Shown here: positions 37,301 to 49,330 of the stretch, in pieces | How the letters are laid out: every line of letters starts with the position of its first letter | How positions within the stretch are numbered: position 1 is the first letter of the stretch | From: Hydrolagus colliei | Taxonomy: Eukaryota | Direction of reading: 5' to 3' | NCBI GenBank assembly: GCA_035084275.1 | Contig: JAYJKW010000399.1 | Coordinates: 1,612,001 to 1,676,000 of the forward strand | DNA length: 64,000 bases | The notes under the pieces: generated by a model | Told to the model about the DNA's origin: nothing | Databases searched by the model: none | The model's input: the letters and a program-made list of their open reading frames with translations, nothing else | Position numbers and translations under genes: made by a program

Positions 37301-40300
37301 GAATGTGGCCAGAATTTTCATTTTAAATCTCCCCCAAAGTCTATTATCCTGCTCTCCCCCAGCGCGGTACTGCAGAGTCAGCCTGTATTGTTGGCTGAAA
37401 GACTCTGACATGCATTTTGAACCCAGAACTCTTTGATTCAGCGAGGAGAGTATGAGACGTTGAGCTAGGCAGATACCCAATCTGAAGTAGAACACTTTGA
37501 AAAGCTGCTGATTCCTGGGATTGACAAAAGTGCAAATGTCTGCCACTACCTAAACCTCAGACACAAACAGTTTCACAGGCTAGTGCTGGGCTCATTGTCG
37601 TTGATGATGTTGACTCTCAAATCACCACCGATTACATCGACCGTTTATGAAATTATCTTTAATGTGTACCAATTCCAGATCCAATGCAGAAGCCAAACAT
37701 TTCTATGAAGCCAGATTCCCATGTACTAGTGAGAGGAGAACAAACTGAGATCTCGTGTGCCGGGAATCATCCTGGCAGCAATTTCACTTTATACAGAGAC
37801 GGCGAGTTTGTCACATCACAGCTGGCTCCAGAGAACAACAACACGGCTACATTCAACCATTCGGCGACCAGCAGAGGAAATTACTGGTGTCAATATACAA
37901 GACACATAGGCGGACGAGAATTCACATCACCACAGAGCGAGCGAGTGCGAATCACTGTACTAGGTATGTACTGAATAAAATTTCAAACAATTACTTGTTT
38001 CTGTTTTAGAAATTTATGAGAGCTCCTGGTATTTTTAGGTAATGTCATGGTGTTTGCCCTGTTTTATCCCAAACTCTAACCCCCAATCCTAACCCTAACA
38101 CTAAGGACGAAAAAACATCGCATGATAAAACAGTTTCCAAATCGAGACTCACGAACGATAACCACACGGTATGTCCGGGTATTAATTCTCTCTGCTTTCC
38201 GCAGAAGGAGCGGTTCAATTTATGACCTAATCCTCACCAATATACGATGTAATTTTTCTTTGTGAGACAAGGTTTGCTGACCCCAGATCGAGCTTTTGTA
38301 CAACCGCTGATATTGAACCATAGCAAAATCATGAATTTCCGTCTTTGTTAGCTCTTACAATTGCTGTTTGTCCTTTTTCCTCTCTAGGAAATTGGATATG
38401 GATACAAAATCCAGGACTTGCTGGGGGAATTGTCACTGTGATAGTGATCGCTGTAATTTTCCTGGCCATCCGTCTGTACAGGAGAGGTAATTGTCCACTA
38501 ATGTCTATGAGTGTAGAATAGAATTGCTCGGAATCAAGTTGGAGCCAGTGATGCCATTAATCACTTTGCATGTGTGCTCTGGTGTTTCAGAGAAACACCA
38601 GAGAACAGAGCATGTGAACAGAGATACACCAATATGACAACAACTTGCAGTTATATAGAAAAGTTTTGAAGCTGCTGTGGTATGACAGTGTTGCTTGAAT
38701 GTTCAATCCTTCGGTCGATAGCGTTGGTGAGACTTACAATCCGAGGTCCCGTCCAACGGTTCATGTTGAAGTTAAACATGCTTTGGCTCGATTCGAAAAG
38801 AGACAGAAATTTCTCTCTCCCAGTTGTCCTGGCTAACAATTCCACCCATTTTGCTGGTGACTTAATTAATAGTAATTTCTGGGAAACTTTAGTAAGCTAA
38901 TTAATTGATGTATTTCATTCCCAAGACACATAATCACCATTTCAGGCTTTGACGCTGGCTCAAATGGAACATACCTATTGATAAAACCACAAGAATATAC
39001 GTAAGTACTGACCAATGTTTCATTTTTCTTACATTTTGTTCCTGCAGCTAAAAAGTACAGTCCAAGTGGAGAAAGGTAAGAATGCTTCTACTCTAAACTC
39101 TGCTCTGTATCCATCTTACATATATTGTTGCTCGCTCCTTCACTGTACTTCGAAACTCTTATCCCATTTACGTCGCACAACTCACTTCATCGTTCTGATT
39201 TTCGCTCTGTCACTATTCACCAAGAGTGGGATGACAAAAGAGACACTGGGAGAAGGATTCCGTTCACTCATGTTCAGTTATTTCTGCAAGACAAAGCCCT
39301 CAACGGTGGAATTGTCGTAATTCTTAATCGCTATAAATCTTGCCAGACAGAGTTTCTGCCTTAAAGCTATGAAGTTTCGGCTTGTGAGACCCAAGCAGTT
39401 ATGCCTATGCACAATTTGGAGAAACCACACACTGCCCCTTCTCACACCGTGCCTTAATCTGATGGTGCATAGGGTGGCAGAGATACTGTATCCTATATAA
39501 GTGTAATTTGTTAATTTGTTGGTGTATAATTATAACAAACGCAGAAATTTGCCAATTGTAGTAAATGTGACTCGAGCATGTCACCACCGTAATGGGTTTT
39601 CACACGAGGCACACACCTGGCTTGGACCGACAACACAGCTCCCCGCAAAACCCCCAACCTCTCTACCGCCCCTGTCCACAACCTCACCCACCTCCCCGCA
39701 CACATTTAATGATCTAAATATCAAATTAGGGGAACAAATTATAAGACAAGAATGCTCTACTCCTGTCATCTTGTTATCCTCTATCCTCACCTTAAATAAT
39801 CATAAATTGAAGTCATCTAAGTCTAGGTAAACACTGTATACAGGTCAGCTCCTCACCACTCCACCCAACTGCAAACACACCGTCATGTCACCGGGCTCTA
39901 TCACACAGAAAAACAGAAACTCTTATATTTTATTTACTGTCTCGAAGTTAGGTAAGGGCTGTGTTGTGAAACCAGATTTTGCAATGAGCACCTTCATGCA
40001 TCTTCCATTTTCCAATTAAAGCAACAAATACAGCGCTAAAACAGCTATTACCATTCATTGCCTCCTACCTGTGCTCCTCTTTCAAAAGCAATCCTCTCAT
40101 TACGATTTCCCTGCTATTTCCCCGAGACTAGACACAATAGTTGTTTGTGACCTCTATGAAAAGGCCAGGCCTCAGATCTGTGGTCCTGTTTATTACACCA
40201 GCGGTGAACTCATCACTGTATGTTATTATTTCCCCCAGGAATTTACCTGAGCGAGGCGGCCCACAATCCATCAACATCACATGTGAGTGAGAGATTTCCT

Positions 40301-41977
40301 TGATTTGATCGCAGAGGGAAAAAAAAACTGTTCACATACAGGCGCCTAGTCAGCCATGTAACTTAGTCCCACAGAACGCGGTCGATTGTTCATGATCTTC
40401 TGTCAGGCTAGAGGCCATTGTTCTCTTAACCTTTCGCTTGCGCTGCCACTCCCTGAAGATCTTCGGCTATCCGTTTGTGTATGTATGTGAGTGTTTGAAT
40501 GAGTGTCTACAAATGTGTTTGTCTGTTTGCATATCTGATTGTGTGTCTGTCCATGTGTCTAACTGTGTATCTGATCATGTGTCTCCATGTGTGTCTGACC
40601 GTCTGAATGAATTTTACCCACTTCAAGTGTTCTGCCCTTCAGGTGAGATGTGAAAACGAGTGTCCGTCTGGCTCTTTTGTTTAACATTAGACATCTTGAG
40701 TCACTGTTCACCAAGGCAATATAATTTTTATATGTGTCCACTAAATGAATAAAATATGTCATTCACCTTGCCATTCTGCGGCTCACTGTTGTGCCCAAAT
40801 TATATGATTTGTGTCACTAACAATACGAACAATAACTGCACTAAACGGCGTACCCTATGACACTCTTTGGGATGTCTCGACGAAATGACAACTTAGTTAA
40901 ATTCAGTGCCAAAATTGCAAGTATGCTATGATTTGTCAAATGATTATTATTGTCATTTTCATCGGTATTTACAGAATGTACTTACTTATAAGATTAACAA
41001 TGATATTGAATATCGTTGAGTTTCACTGTTATATGCTAGTACTATACATTGTTTGTTTTTGTTTCAGATGCTTCAGTGAGAATCGTACCAAGCTTGGTGC
41101 CTCCAGTGGTGAGTAGAGACAGAATCTTTGCTTTACGTTGGTTCAGGCCCAGTATGAGCTTAGATGCAGCTCAGCTCAGCCATACTGTAAGCCTCAGTCG
41201 GCTCCACGCTCAGCAGAATTCACGTCCAATGTCACCATCAATTAAATATTGCGCGAGCCAAGCATGTGCCTTGTTTCAGGCTGGCACAGCTCAGCTCAGA
41301 CACTGGCTCAGTCAAACTCAGCCAGCAGCACTATTGCCTCAGGCAGAAGAGAGTTTTGGGGGGAGATGGAATGTGTTTGTGTGACGTAGCTGTGCATAAT
41401 TTGGCTGCTGCGTTGGGTTCCCAAGTTCCAACAGCATCTGGTGAACACTTTACGGCACTGCCAGCAGTTCGCACGACCTCAAATGTCTGCGCGTGTACGT
41501 GTGTGATGCTTGCTGTGTGTATAGACCCAGAGTGCAGGAAGTGTAGGGATATCAACAACTTCGATTGATATAACGCACTCCACGTCGGACGGCGTCTAAG
41601 AGCGCTTCATAGTAGCACGTTGAACGATGGAATGGTCGTAGAGGTGGTTCTTCATAATGTACTTGCAGGAGGCAAAATAAAGCGACAGAGATATGGTATT
41701 TCAAATGGTGGAGGTTCAAGCCCAAATGCCCATATACACAAAAACGCACAAATTGCTCACACACATGCTGGTGCTTTGGCTTGGCATCCCAACATGGGTG
41801 AGGGTGGGCTTTGGCATTTCCCACTGAAACCCTAAGCAAATGGGCTGACGGACGTCGTTTTTGCAGGACTCCGATGTCACCTACGCCAGTCTGACGTTAG
41901 GAAACCGGATTGAGAATCGCTACAAAACCGTTCCTGACGATGGTGCAGTGTACGCCGCAGTCAGGGTGCAGCTGTGA
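31262..41977 (+). CDS. Gene B: complete SP-SRCR-Ig-Ig-TM-3xITIM receptor, 446 aa. Exons 31262-31310, 32101-32190, 34051-34359, 35755-36039, 37679-37963, 38388-38486, 39048-39075, 40239-40282, 41068-41108, 41867-41977
   Basis: The ten exons sum to 1341 nt (447 codons including TGA) with no internal stop. All nine introns are GT-AG with compatible phases. The two 5' exons are the least certain because they rest on splice signals, phase and hydrophobicity only. Confidence 0.85.
32101..32190 (+). CDS. Gene B exon 2, end of signal peptide and linker (W-IFLERIMVQSAGHDMNSQPEAVVGTLAPT)
   Basis: Long polypyrimidine tract plus acag acceptor, gtgagt donor, 90 nt open, phase 1-1. Confidence 0.7.
32635..32890 (-). 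mobile_element. CR1 3'-end fragment in gene B intron 2
   Basis: Minus-strand RTELRKNFFTQ...WNSLP motif and CR1 3' UTR. Confidence 0.8.
34051..34359 (+). CDS. Gene B SRCR (scavenger receptor cysteine-rich, group-B-like) domain exon
   Basis: [24 protein letters not shown]...W...DAAVVCKELGCG...VQCRGNESTLREC...AAVICS. Single 309-nt phase 1-1 exon, ctacag/gtaagt. Confidence 0.93.
34530..34985 (+). mobile_element. L2 3' fragment in the gene B SRCR-Ig intron
   Basis: HRSPITPVLGRLHWLPIPLRIDFKII...WNSLP...LKTFLF plus L2 tail. Confidence 0.85.
35755..36039 (+). CDS. Gene B Ig exon 1 (GSLQKPTINL...SC...YWCKY...SKRVDVSLL)
   Basis: 285 nt, phase 1-1, ttccag/gtacga, canonical Cys pair. Confidence 0.9.
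37679..37963 (+). CDS. Gene B Ig exon 2 (DPMQKPNISM...SC...YWCQY...SERVRITVL)
   Basis: 285 nt, phase 1-1, ttccag/gtatgt. Closest to gene A Ig4. Confidence 0.9.
38388..38486 (+). CDS. Gene B transmembrane exon (GNWIWIQNPGLAGGIVTVIVIAVIFLAIRLYRR)
   Basis: 99 nt, phase 1-1. Uncharged hydrophobic helix followed by a basic stop-transfer motif. Confidence 0.88.
39048..39075 (+). CDS. Gene B cytoplasmic mini-exon (AKKYSPSGE)
   Basis: cctgcag acceptor, gtaaga donor, 28 nt, phase 1-2. Confidence 0.72.
40239..40282 (+). CDS. Gene B cytoplasmic exon (NLPERGGPQSINIT)
   Basis: 44 nt, ccccag/gtgagt. Paralog of 14267-14310. Confidence 0.8.
41068..41108 (+). CDS. Gene B cytoplasmic exon (Y-ASVRIVPSLVPPV), completes ITIM ITYASV
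   Basis: 41 nt, tttcag/gtgagt. Paralog of 15048-15088. Confidence 0.8.
41867..41977 (+). CDS. Gene B terminal exon DSDVTYASLTLGNRIENRYKTVPDDGAVYAAVRVQL*
   Basis: tttgcag acceptor, phase 0, ITIM VTYASL and ITIM-like AVYAAV, TGA stop. Confidence 0.88.
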   Translation, partial: DSDVTYASLTLGNRIENRYKTVPDDGAVYAAVRVQL

Positions 41978-44900
41978 GTCCACTGGCCACAATGTGCTCC
42001 TTCGACTTTCTCTAACTCCCATGGACACATGCCATCAATAATAGCTTGAGTCTGACAACAATTTGCAGATTCCATCAATTGTTTCTCTGACAAAGATGAG
42101 CTGACAATGACTGAGACGAAGTGAGGTTAGGTGAAAGTGAGACGGAGAGATAGAGACTGTGTGCGAGAGACAGAGACTGAGTGCGAGAAAAATAACTAAG
42201 ATTAAGGCACTCTGTGAGAAAGTGGGACTGTGTAGGATTTGCGAAGGAGAGAGAAAGAGGGAGAGAGATTCTGAGTAATATCGTGCAGGGGAGACGCAGA
42301 ATGATGGAGAAGCATTGAGATAGATTGGGTGTTGAGACCGGTCTCCTGGATCTAAAAAAAATCTTGTTTTATGCCACGATCCATTCTATTATTCTCCCCA
42401 TCCCCTCATCCGACCTGATCAACAAATGTGCAATGCCGTTCATTCGCAAATGTTTTATGTCCATGACCATTCAGCAAGTGTAACTGCTTGAATCCGCTTT
42501 CAGTCAGCTTAATCCCTCAAAGATTTTGGCTCACGTGACATTTCCCAATTACGGATAAGGACTGGAAGCAGCCAAACAATTGGACACCCCTCGCTTAAAA
42601 TATAATGTTCGCTCAGCCAGAAATGCTTATGATAGTTAACTGACCTTTGGAATGACATTCTTGGTTAGAAATTGTTTTGTTGACAAGATGAATGTTGCTT
42701 ATCACAACCGAATCTGCACATAATTGATCCGTGTTAGCTTTTTACGAATAATCCAAATTCCACATTTAAGCATGATGTTTGTTGCAGTGTAATTGGTATA
42801 ACTTTAGAAGAAGGGTTCAGGATAAATGACCATGCGTTTGCCTCAGAATTGCATTGATCAGAACTAAGAATGTGTTCATCACAGTTGTTGCTGTGTTAGC
42901 AGTTGATATATTGGGCTGTGTTGTTAAATCACAATCGGTTGACGGGAACCGTGCCCTATTGATTCCTGCTGTAAAGCTAATATGTTAACACGCTCAAACC
43001 CATTGCCATAAACTTTACTAACCGGCCATAAGCATTACGCTGATTTGACGTAATGTATTATGTATGAAGGTGCAATATTTTAATTAAATTTTGCTGCATA
43101 GAACTTGTGTCAGTTCATTTTTCGTGGAAAGTTCACGAACTCTAATCAAGGTCCAACATTGGCGGATTCCATTGTGGCTAAACCAGCCTGGTAAAAGGTT
43201 TTCGGAGTGAGAACGTGTGAGTCAAAAGGACAATGCCAACAATGTCCTGGGTATACACCCTATTCATGCCGCGCCCTCGCCCTTCAGCCCACAGCCCTCC
43301 CTCCACATTATTGGCACTGCCCCCCCCCCCCCCCCCCCCCCCGCATGCTCCACCACCACAACAATATAGAGTATAGATTATAGAATAATCCAAAGTATAG
43401 AGAAACATTTGCGACTTGACCACGTCAGTTGTGGATTCTGATGAAACCTGATGAATTCGTGAGAAATAATTAGCAACTCATTCAGGGCACCGAAACAGGC
43501 ACAAGAAGTCCAATTAATAATAATAATCCATGCATTTGATATAGCGCTTTTCACATCATATCGACGTCCCAATGTGCTTCCAGAATATACTGTCAAGTGG
43601 ATTGACTGTATATCTGTGGGCGAATATCGACAGCCAATTGCGCACAGCGGTGTGCCACAAGCAGTCGTGTTTTGAAATTACAATTTTTTTTATTATTGTG
43701 ATTTTTTTGGACGGATTATTATTATGCATGTGGAGCAAAGAAACTTGCTCAATGGTTCGCCCTGACGTCCCTGCATTCGAACACATGGCTCCTTTGTAAT
43801 TGTCTGCTGCGTTGTTGGAGAACTCCATAACTCTGATTTTGTTGCCAAATAAGTCCAATAAGAGCCACGTGTTCTATCCCCAAGGTGGGTGATCTTGGTT
43901 TAGGCAATCCAGGTTGAAGCACTGGGAAACCTTGGCAGACAGTGCTGCCAACAGAAACTTGCTTATTCGAATGGTTATAATCCACATTTAAACATCACAG
44001 TCTTGTCAATTTACTTGATAACGTCTGTAATCGGAAGGTTTGGATGCATACTTTGGAGCACATTCCGTTCCATTAAATGGAAAATCCCATATTGAGGTTA
44101 TTTTTGGAGGCACCAATATTAGTCGTGTGCAGTAAGGAAACTTGTCCAAGGTTTCGACCTGATCTGCCTGGATTCGAACGCATGTCTCACTGTTGCAGCT
44201 AAAAGAGTTATGGAGAGATAGCTGGGGGTTGGGATTGCATTGCTCTTTTCAAACAGCAAGCACAGCCTCGATGGCCCGAAAACCCTCCTTTTGTGCCGCA
44301 AGATTGTATGACCCTATGATTGTGTGTTCGGACTAACGATAAAAACCTGCAGTACCGCGTTACTACCGATAGATGGTGGCGATGCACCGTGTAGCTGCTC
44401 ACAGTGTTCTACGTAAATCAGATTGGAGAACGGATAGTATGACCAGACCTGATGTGTATCTTGGTAACACATTGACATAATTCTTTCCAGGTCTAGGGTT
44501 CTCACTGCTGATGAAACGCAGCCCAGCCTGGCTCATCTGCTGGGATTTGAAGGGCAGACAAGCACAAAACTGGGAGACCTTCACGTTTCCCCAACAGCCA
44601 GCGATCCGTTGGCCGTCGGATCTACAGTCTGTTGCCCTGCTTGCTTGAAATCAACCAAGGAGACATTCTGTAGTTATCCTGTAGAAAACTGGAGTCATTC
44701 CACTCTGCTCCTATTAAACCAGCAATCCAAACATCCTGACGAGCAGGGTGGTTTTAGCAATAGGAGCAAGTGCCATTTACCCAGGAATTGGAAGTTGTAA
44801 ATGCATACATGGACTTGTATTCCTTCATTAGTAGGCAGAAAGAATGGGCATGTTTTTTTTATCCACACGTATCGCTCTGTTTAAATAGCAGTAAGCATGA

Positions 44901-45078
44901 GCACTGATGAAGTTCTACTAACGAACGAATTTACCACAAGCAAACATGTCGGAAGTGAGCTGTGGGTGAAGGCGTCAACGAGAATATAATTAGCACCTGC
45001 TCAGCTGAAGACTCCAGACAACCTTGAATAAACGTTGATCAGCGTTCTGTGGAACGCTCTTTGTATTTGAACCAGAGA

Positions 45079-45540
45079 ATGAAGCCGAATTTCAATCCAT
45101 TATATATATTTGTAACTTTAGTGACAACTAAATGTTAGGTAAGTCACGTATTTCTTCGGAGAATCACAGCTTTGTGTTACTGTGAAATCATAAAAATTGT
45201 CGATGAATGTGCTTGTTTTCCCCAATTGTTTTCCTAGAATGTACATTTCTATTTTCCAGGTGCTTTGTCTGAAAGCGAAGTGACACAGAGACCACTGTCC
45301 ATGACAGAGAACGAAACTGGAAATGTATTTGTAGAGTGCAGGACCAATGGAGAAGTCCGCGCCTTCCAATGGTACAAACAGTGTGGAAACGGCTCCATAT
45401 GGTTATTGGTGTTGGGTTAAAGAGAGGTAAAGGCGGAGGATAGGATAATTGCTTTGGCTGACACAAAAGAGAAGAACAGCACACTGACAATCAGATACGT
45501 GCGAGTGACAGACACCGCCACTTACTTCTGTGCAGCAGGA
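45079..45540 (+). pseudogene. TCR alpha/delta-type V pseudogene, family A copy 1 (leader 45079-45138, V exon from 45260)
   Basis: V motifs EVTQ..C..WYKQ..TLTI..V.V.DTATYFCA. The leader ends in TAG, there is an in-frame TAA at 45418, and no heptamer or nonamer follows the V end. Confidence 0.85.
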
Positions 45541-46751
45541 ATCCGGTTATTAATCTAATAATTGATCGCTTTTCCGCGTGTCATAATTCCTAATTAATAG
45601 GATCACTTCAATCCACAGCTTTTTGTGAGACACTGCTGCGCGCAGGTAAGTGCCGCATTTACCCCATAACATAGACAGTAAACGCAAAGCACAGTACAAC
45701 CAGGGAAGCGCTCTTCCACGTTTCGAGGACGTGGCAAGGCACTACATCAAACGCATAGATTATTAGTATTATTGTCTGTTTGCCGAAGTGTGAGTAGGTA
45801 CACATTTAATAGTCAATTAGCATGTCGCCTTTTCCAGGATGGTAATCCATTCAAGAAACATTATCACTCTATTGTCAACCAATCGTACAGAACAGACGTG
45901 TTTTGAGTTAATTACTTAACATGAGAATAATGCCACTGGAAAGGAAACATTGATTAATAATAATAATAATAATAATATTATAATAATAATAATAACTATT
46001 CTTGCAATTGGTACAGCGCTTTTCACATCTTATCGAGTTCTTAAAGCGCTTCGCAGAGTACACTGTAAAGTGAACTGACTGTATATTTGTGGGCGAAACG
46101 CGGCTGTCATACCCACTAACGGCCGTGGATTGAAATCACCAATTGTATTATTGTGGTGTTTTCATGTGAACGTATTATTACTAGGCGTGTGTGTGGTGTA
46201 AGTAAACTTGTCCAAGCTTTCGCGCTGATCTGCCTGGATTCAACCACACAATTGAAAAGCGAGTGCTCTGAACACTGAGCTAAAGCAAGGATTTAACGCG
46301 TCTCGTACTAATTGTTTGACTAATAACCATATTCCAGTTTGCTGATAGTAAACCACGTAGGATGTTTGGAATAAGTGAACTTATCCAACATGGCACCTGG
46401 CTGGATTCAAACCCAGACACCTCCGTTGTAGACCGAGTCTCCACAGTTGGCAAACACACATGTGGAACTCCTGAATGTGCTGTGGACGAACTGAAATAGA
46501 GATAATGGTGTAACTTTCTGCAGATGTCAGACACCCGGTGGATCAAAGACATGTCAGTGATGGCAGAGAACCAATGGAGCAGCGAGATGGCAGAGCAGAA
46601 ATTACGACGCACATTGACAGAGACACAAGGTTTGTACATAAGCCTCAGACCTGCTCCATCTATGTCATTTAGTGTTCAGCTCTCCTCACGGTATATTACT
46701 GCTTCCCGGCCTATATTCTCCAACTAAACCATCAGCGCCCTTTACATTTAC

Positions 46752-48311
46752 ATGGCAATGTATATATATATGTGGCAGAAGCCATCATTGCCTTGTCAGT
46801 TAAGCCATACATTCATTGTATAGTATGCCATCTGCACTTATTATCCAGCTGTGTGTTTATTGCAGAAAACAATGAATACCCAAACAAGCCTTATCGAGTT
46901 GTTACAATCGAGAGTAACCGCGATCCATTCACGGCCGGGACAGGGCGAAATATTAGGCGAGTTTAGTCACTCATCACTCATTGCTGTGATTACTGAGAAG
47001 TAATTTGGAATATACTCCATTGGCCCATCGCTTTATTGGGGGTAATTATCCTTCAGTATGTGATACTGCTAATGATAATACAGTTACTCAATCCACGACT
47101 GTTTGTGGAACACACTTGTGTAAAATTTTCTAATATGTTTCGACCGCATAGTAAACATACACTACGCGTTATCCTTTATTCAGCATAGTAGACCTTTAGT
47201 CATCGCGACGACGCAAGATGTAGCTTCGTCATATGCCTGCATTAGCTTTGTTATTGGTGATCAAAAACTTTCCTTCCTCCCCCACATCCGCGCCTTGACC
47301 GGCACCGCTGATTTCCACCTGCGCAACATTGCCAGGCTCTGTAACTATCTTACCCCCCGCGCTGCCGAAACACTCGTGCACGCATACATCACCTCACGGC
47401 TGGACTACGGAAACTCTCTCCTCGTCGGCCTACACAGTTCCTCCATTCACAGGCTGCAGGTCATCCAAAACTCTGCAGCCCGTGTACTATCCTGCACCCG
47501 CCTCCGAGACCACATAACCCCCACCCTCGCCCGTCTCCACTGGCTCCCCATCCTCCAGAGGATCGAGATCAAGATACTCGTCCTCACCTACAAGGCCTTA
47601 CACGGCCTTGCCCCGCCCTACTTAAGCGATCTACTCTCCCCCTACACGCCTACCCGAATCCTCCGTTCAACAGGACTTGGCCTGCTCCAAGCCCCCGCCC
47701 GAACCGCCCCACCATTGGAGGCCGGGCCTTCAGTTTCTCCGCTCCCACCCTATGGAATGCCATCCCTCAATCCTTCCGTTTCGTTTCTTCCCTTTCCTCT
47801 TTCAAGGCCGGTTTGAAGACTTTCCTCTTCGATCGTGCCTTTTGTTCCAACCCGAACTCTTTTACCTCCTCTTCGTGTTTCACCCCTTCCCAAACACTCC
47901 CCTCTCAGCTCGGGTCACACGCCTGCTGTGCAGCGCCTTGGGACGTCCTCCCGACGTGAAAGGCGCTCTATAAATGTAATTTGTTGTTGTTGTTGTATTA
48001 TTCTGCTGAACGCTGACATATTTCTGTTTTTTAGGACATTGTGGAGGAGATTCAGTGATATAGCTCCAATCTACCGTGGCAGAGAAGGAAGGGGACGATG
48101 TGTATATGAGGTGTACTTCTCCAAAAATAACTAGCACTCAGTTCTGGTACCGCCATGATCCCAACATAGCTCCACAATATATCCTTTGGACGTCCGCAAG
48201 CAATAGTCCACAATATGTCGACTTTACCAACAAACGATTCTCAACTGTCCCGTTAAATATATCCCAAGTGAGAGTTACAGACTCGGCGGTGTATTACTGT
48301 GCACTGAGCCC
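46752..48311 (+). pseudogene. TRAV: TCR alpha-type V pseudogene, family B copy 1 (leader 46752-46799, V exon 48035-48311)
   Basis: The leader has a 2-nt insertion and a GT->TT donor. The V exon has TAG at 48061 and an FR3 deletion relative to copy 2. It ends DSAVYYCALS followed by an RSS. Confidence 0.88.
47270..47990 (+). mobile_element. L2-clade LINE 3' fragment in the leader-V intron of family B copy 1
   Basis: ORF FHLRNIARL...LVHAYITSRLDYGNSLL...QNSAARVL...LHWLPI, followed by the typical 3' tail gacgtcctcccgacgtgaaaggcgctctataaatg. Confidence 0.9.
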
Positions 48312-48350
48312 CACAGAGACACAGATCAGCGCTTCCGCCCTACAAAAACT
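48312..48350 (+). other. 23-bp-spacer recombination signal sequence (cacagag-23-acaaaaact)
   Basis: Directly 3' of the V exon; spacer counted as 23 nt. Confidence 0.9.
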
Positions 48351-48879
48351 TTCAAGTATAGTCCTGTAGCTCAGTGTTTATATCACTCATATCGCTGATG
48401 AGGAACCTGGGTTGAATTCCATGCAGGACGAATAATTGGTGCAGTTTTCTAAAACAACATCCTGTTTACCCAGCAGTAAGTTCAAACCCGTTTGTCAGTT
48501 GATTGGCACGTTCCATTTCCATTGGTAATAATTGCTTCAAAATATATGATATGGCGCTGAGACAAACGCAAGCATTAATATGACTGTTAAACCTAATCAT
48601 GTTATTGTCATTGACGTAACTTCAAAGGTCTTGTTTCCTTAGGCTGTTCGATGAACATGGCAGTCAACGCACAGCATTCAGAACGCTCTGATCGACATCT
48701 TTAGATTCGAGGCGACACCAAGTCTGGATGTTCAGATACAACAGGTTCATTCAATGGTTCGCAATAAAGCAGACACTGAAGACATGATTGTGTTTGTCTA
48801 TGAGGCAACAAGAATTGAGGACAAAGTTTATTATTGAAGCAACATAAATAACAACGCTGATTATTTGTCATTTCTCATC

Positions 48880-49330
48880 CAGTTTTCGAATTCAAAATCC
48901 TCCTCCACACCTTCAAGGCCATTTATGGCCTTGCCAAGCTAGATAACCACCCTATCGCCAACCCTACCACCCCACTTTCCCACCTGCTGTCCTCCTATGA
49001 ACCCCCATGCCCCCTCCTTTCATCGGTCTCCATTTGCTCCAATGTCCCCCGCTCTACTCACCGTGTCATCAGTGGACACTCTGGAACTCCATTCCACAGT
49101 CCCTAGGCATGTCTATCTCCCTCGCCTCCTTGAAGGCCTGTCTCAAGTCCCTCCTCTTCGACCGTGCCTTCTGTCCGCCCGACTCCTCCCCTTCGTTCCT
49201 AACTCCCGCCCTCCAGTCTTTCCTCTCTCACGCTCCTCCCCGCTAGACTGCCCTCTCCATTGCTCAGTTCCCGAGCTGACTGCTGATCGGTTTCGGACGT
49301 CCATCCGACGTGAACAACAGCAGCAAAATT
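48880..49330 (+). mobile_element. L2 3' fragment
   Basis: ttcaaaatcctcctccacaccttcaaggcc...ctggaactccattcc...cttgaaggcctgtctcaagtccctcctcttcgaccgtgcc, matching the other L2 copies. Confidence 0.72.
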
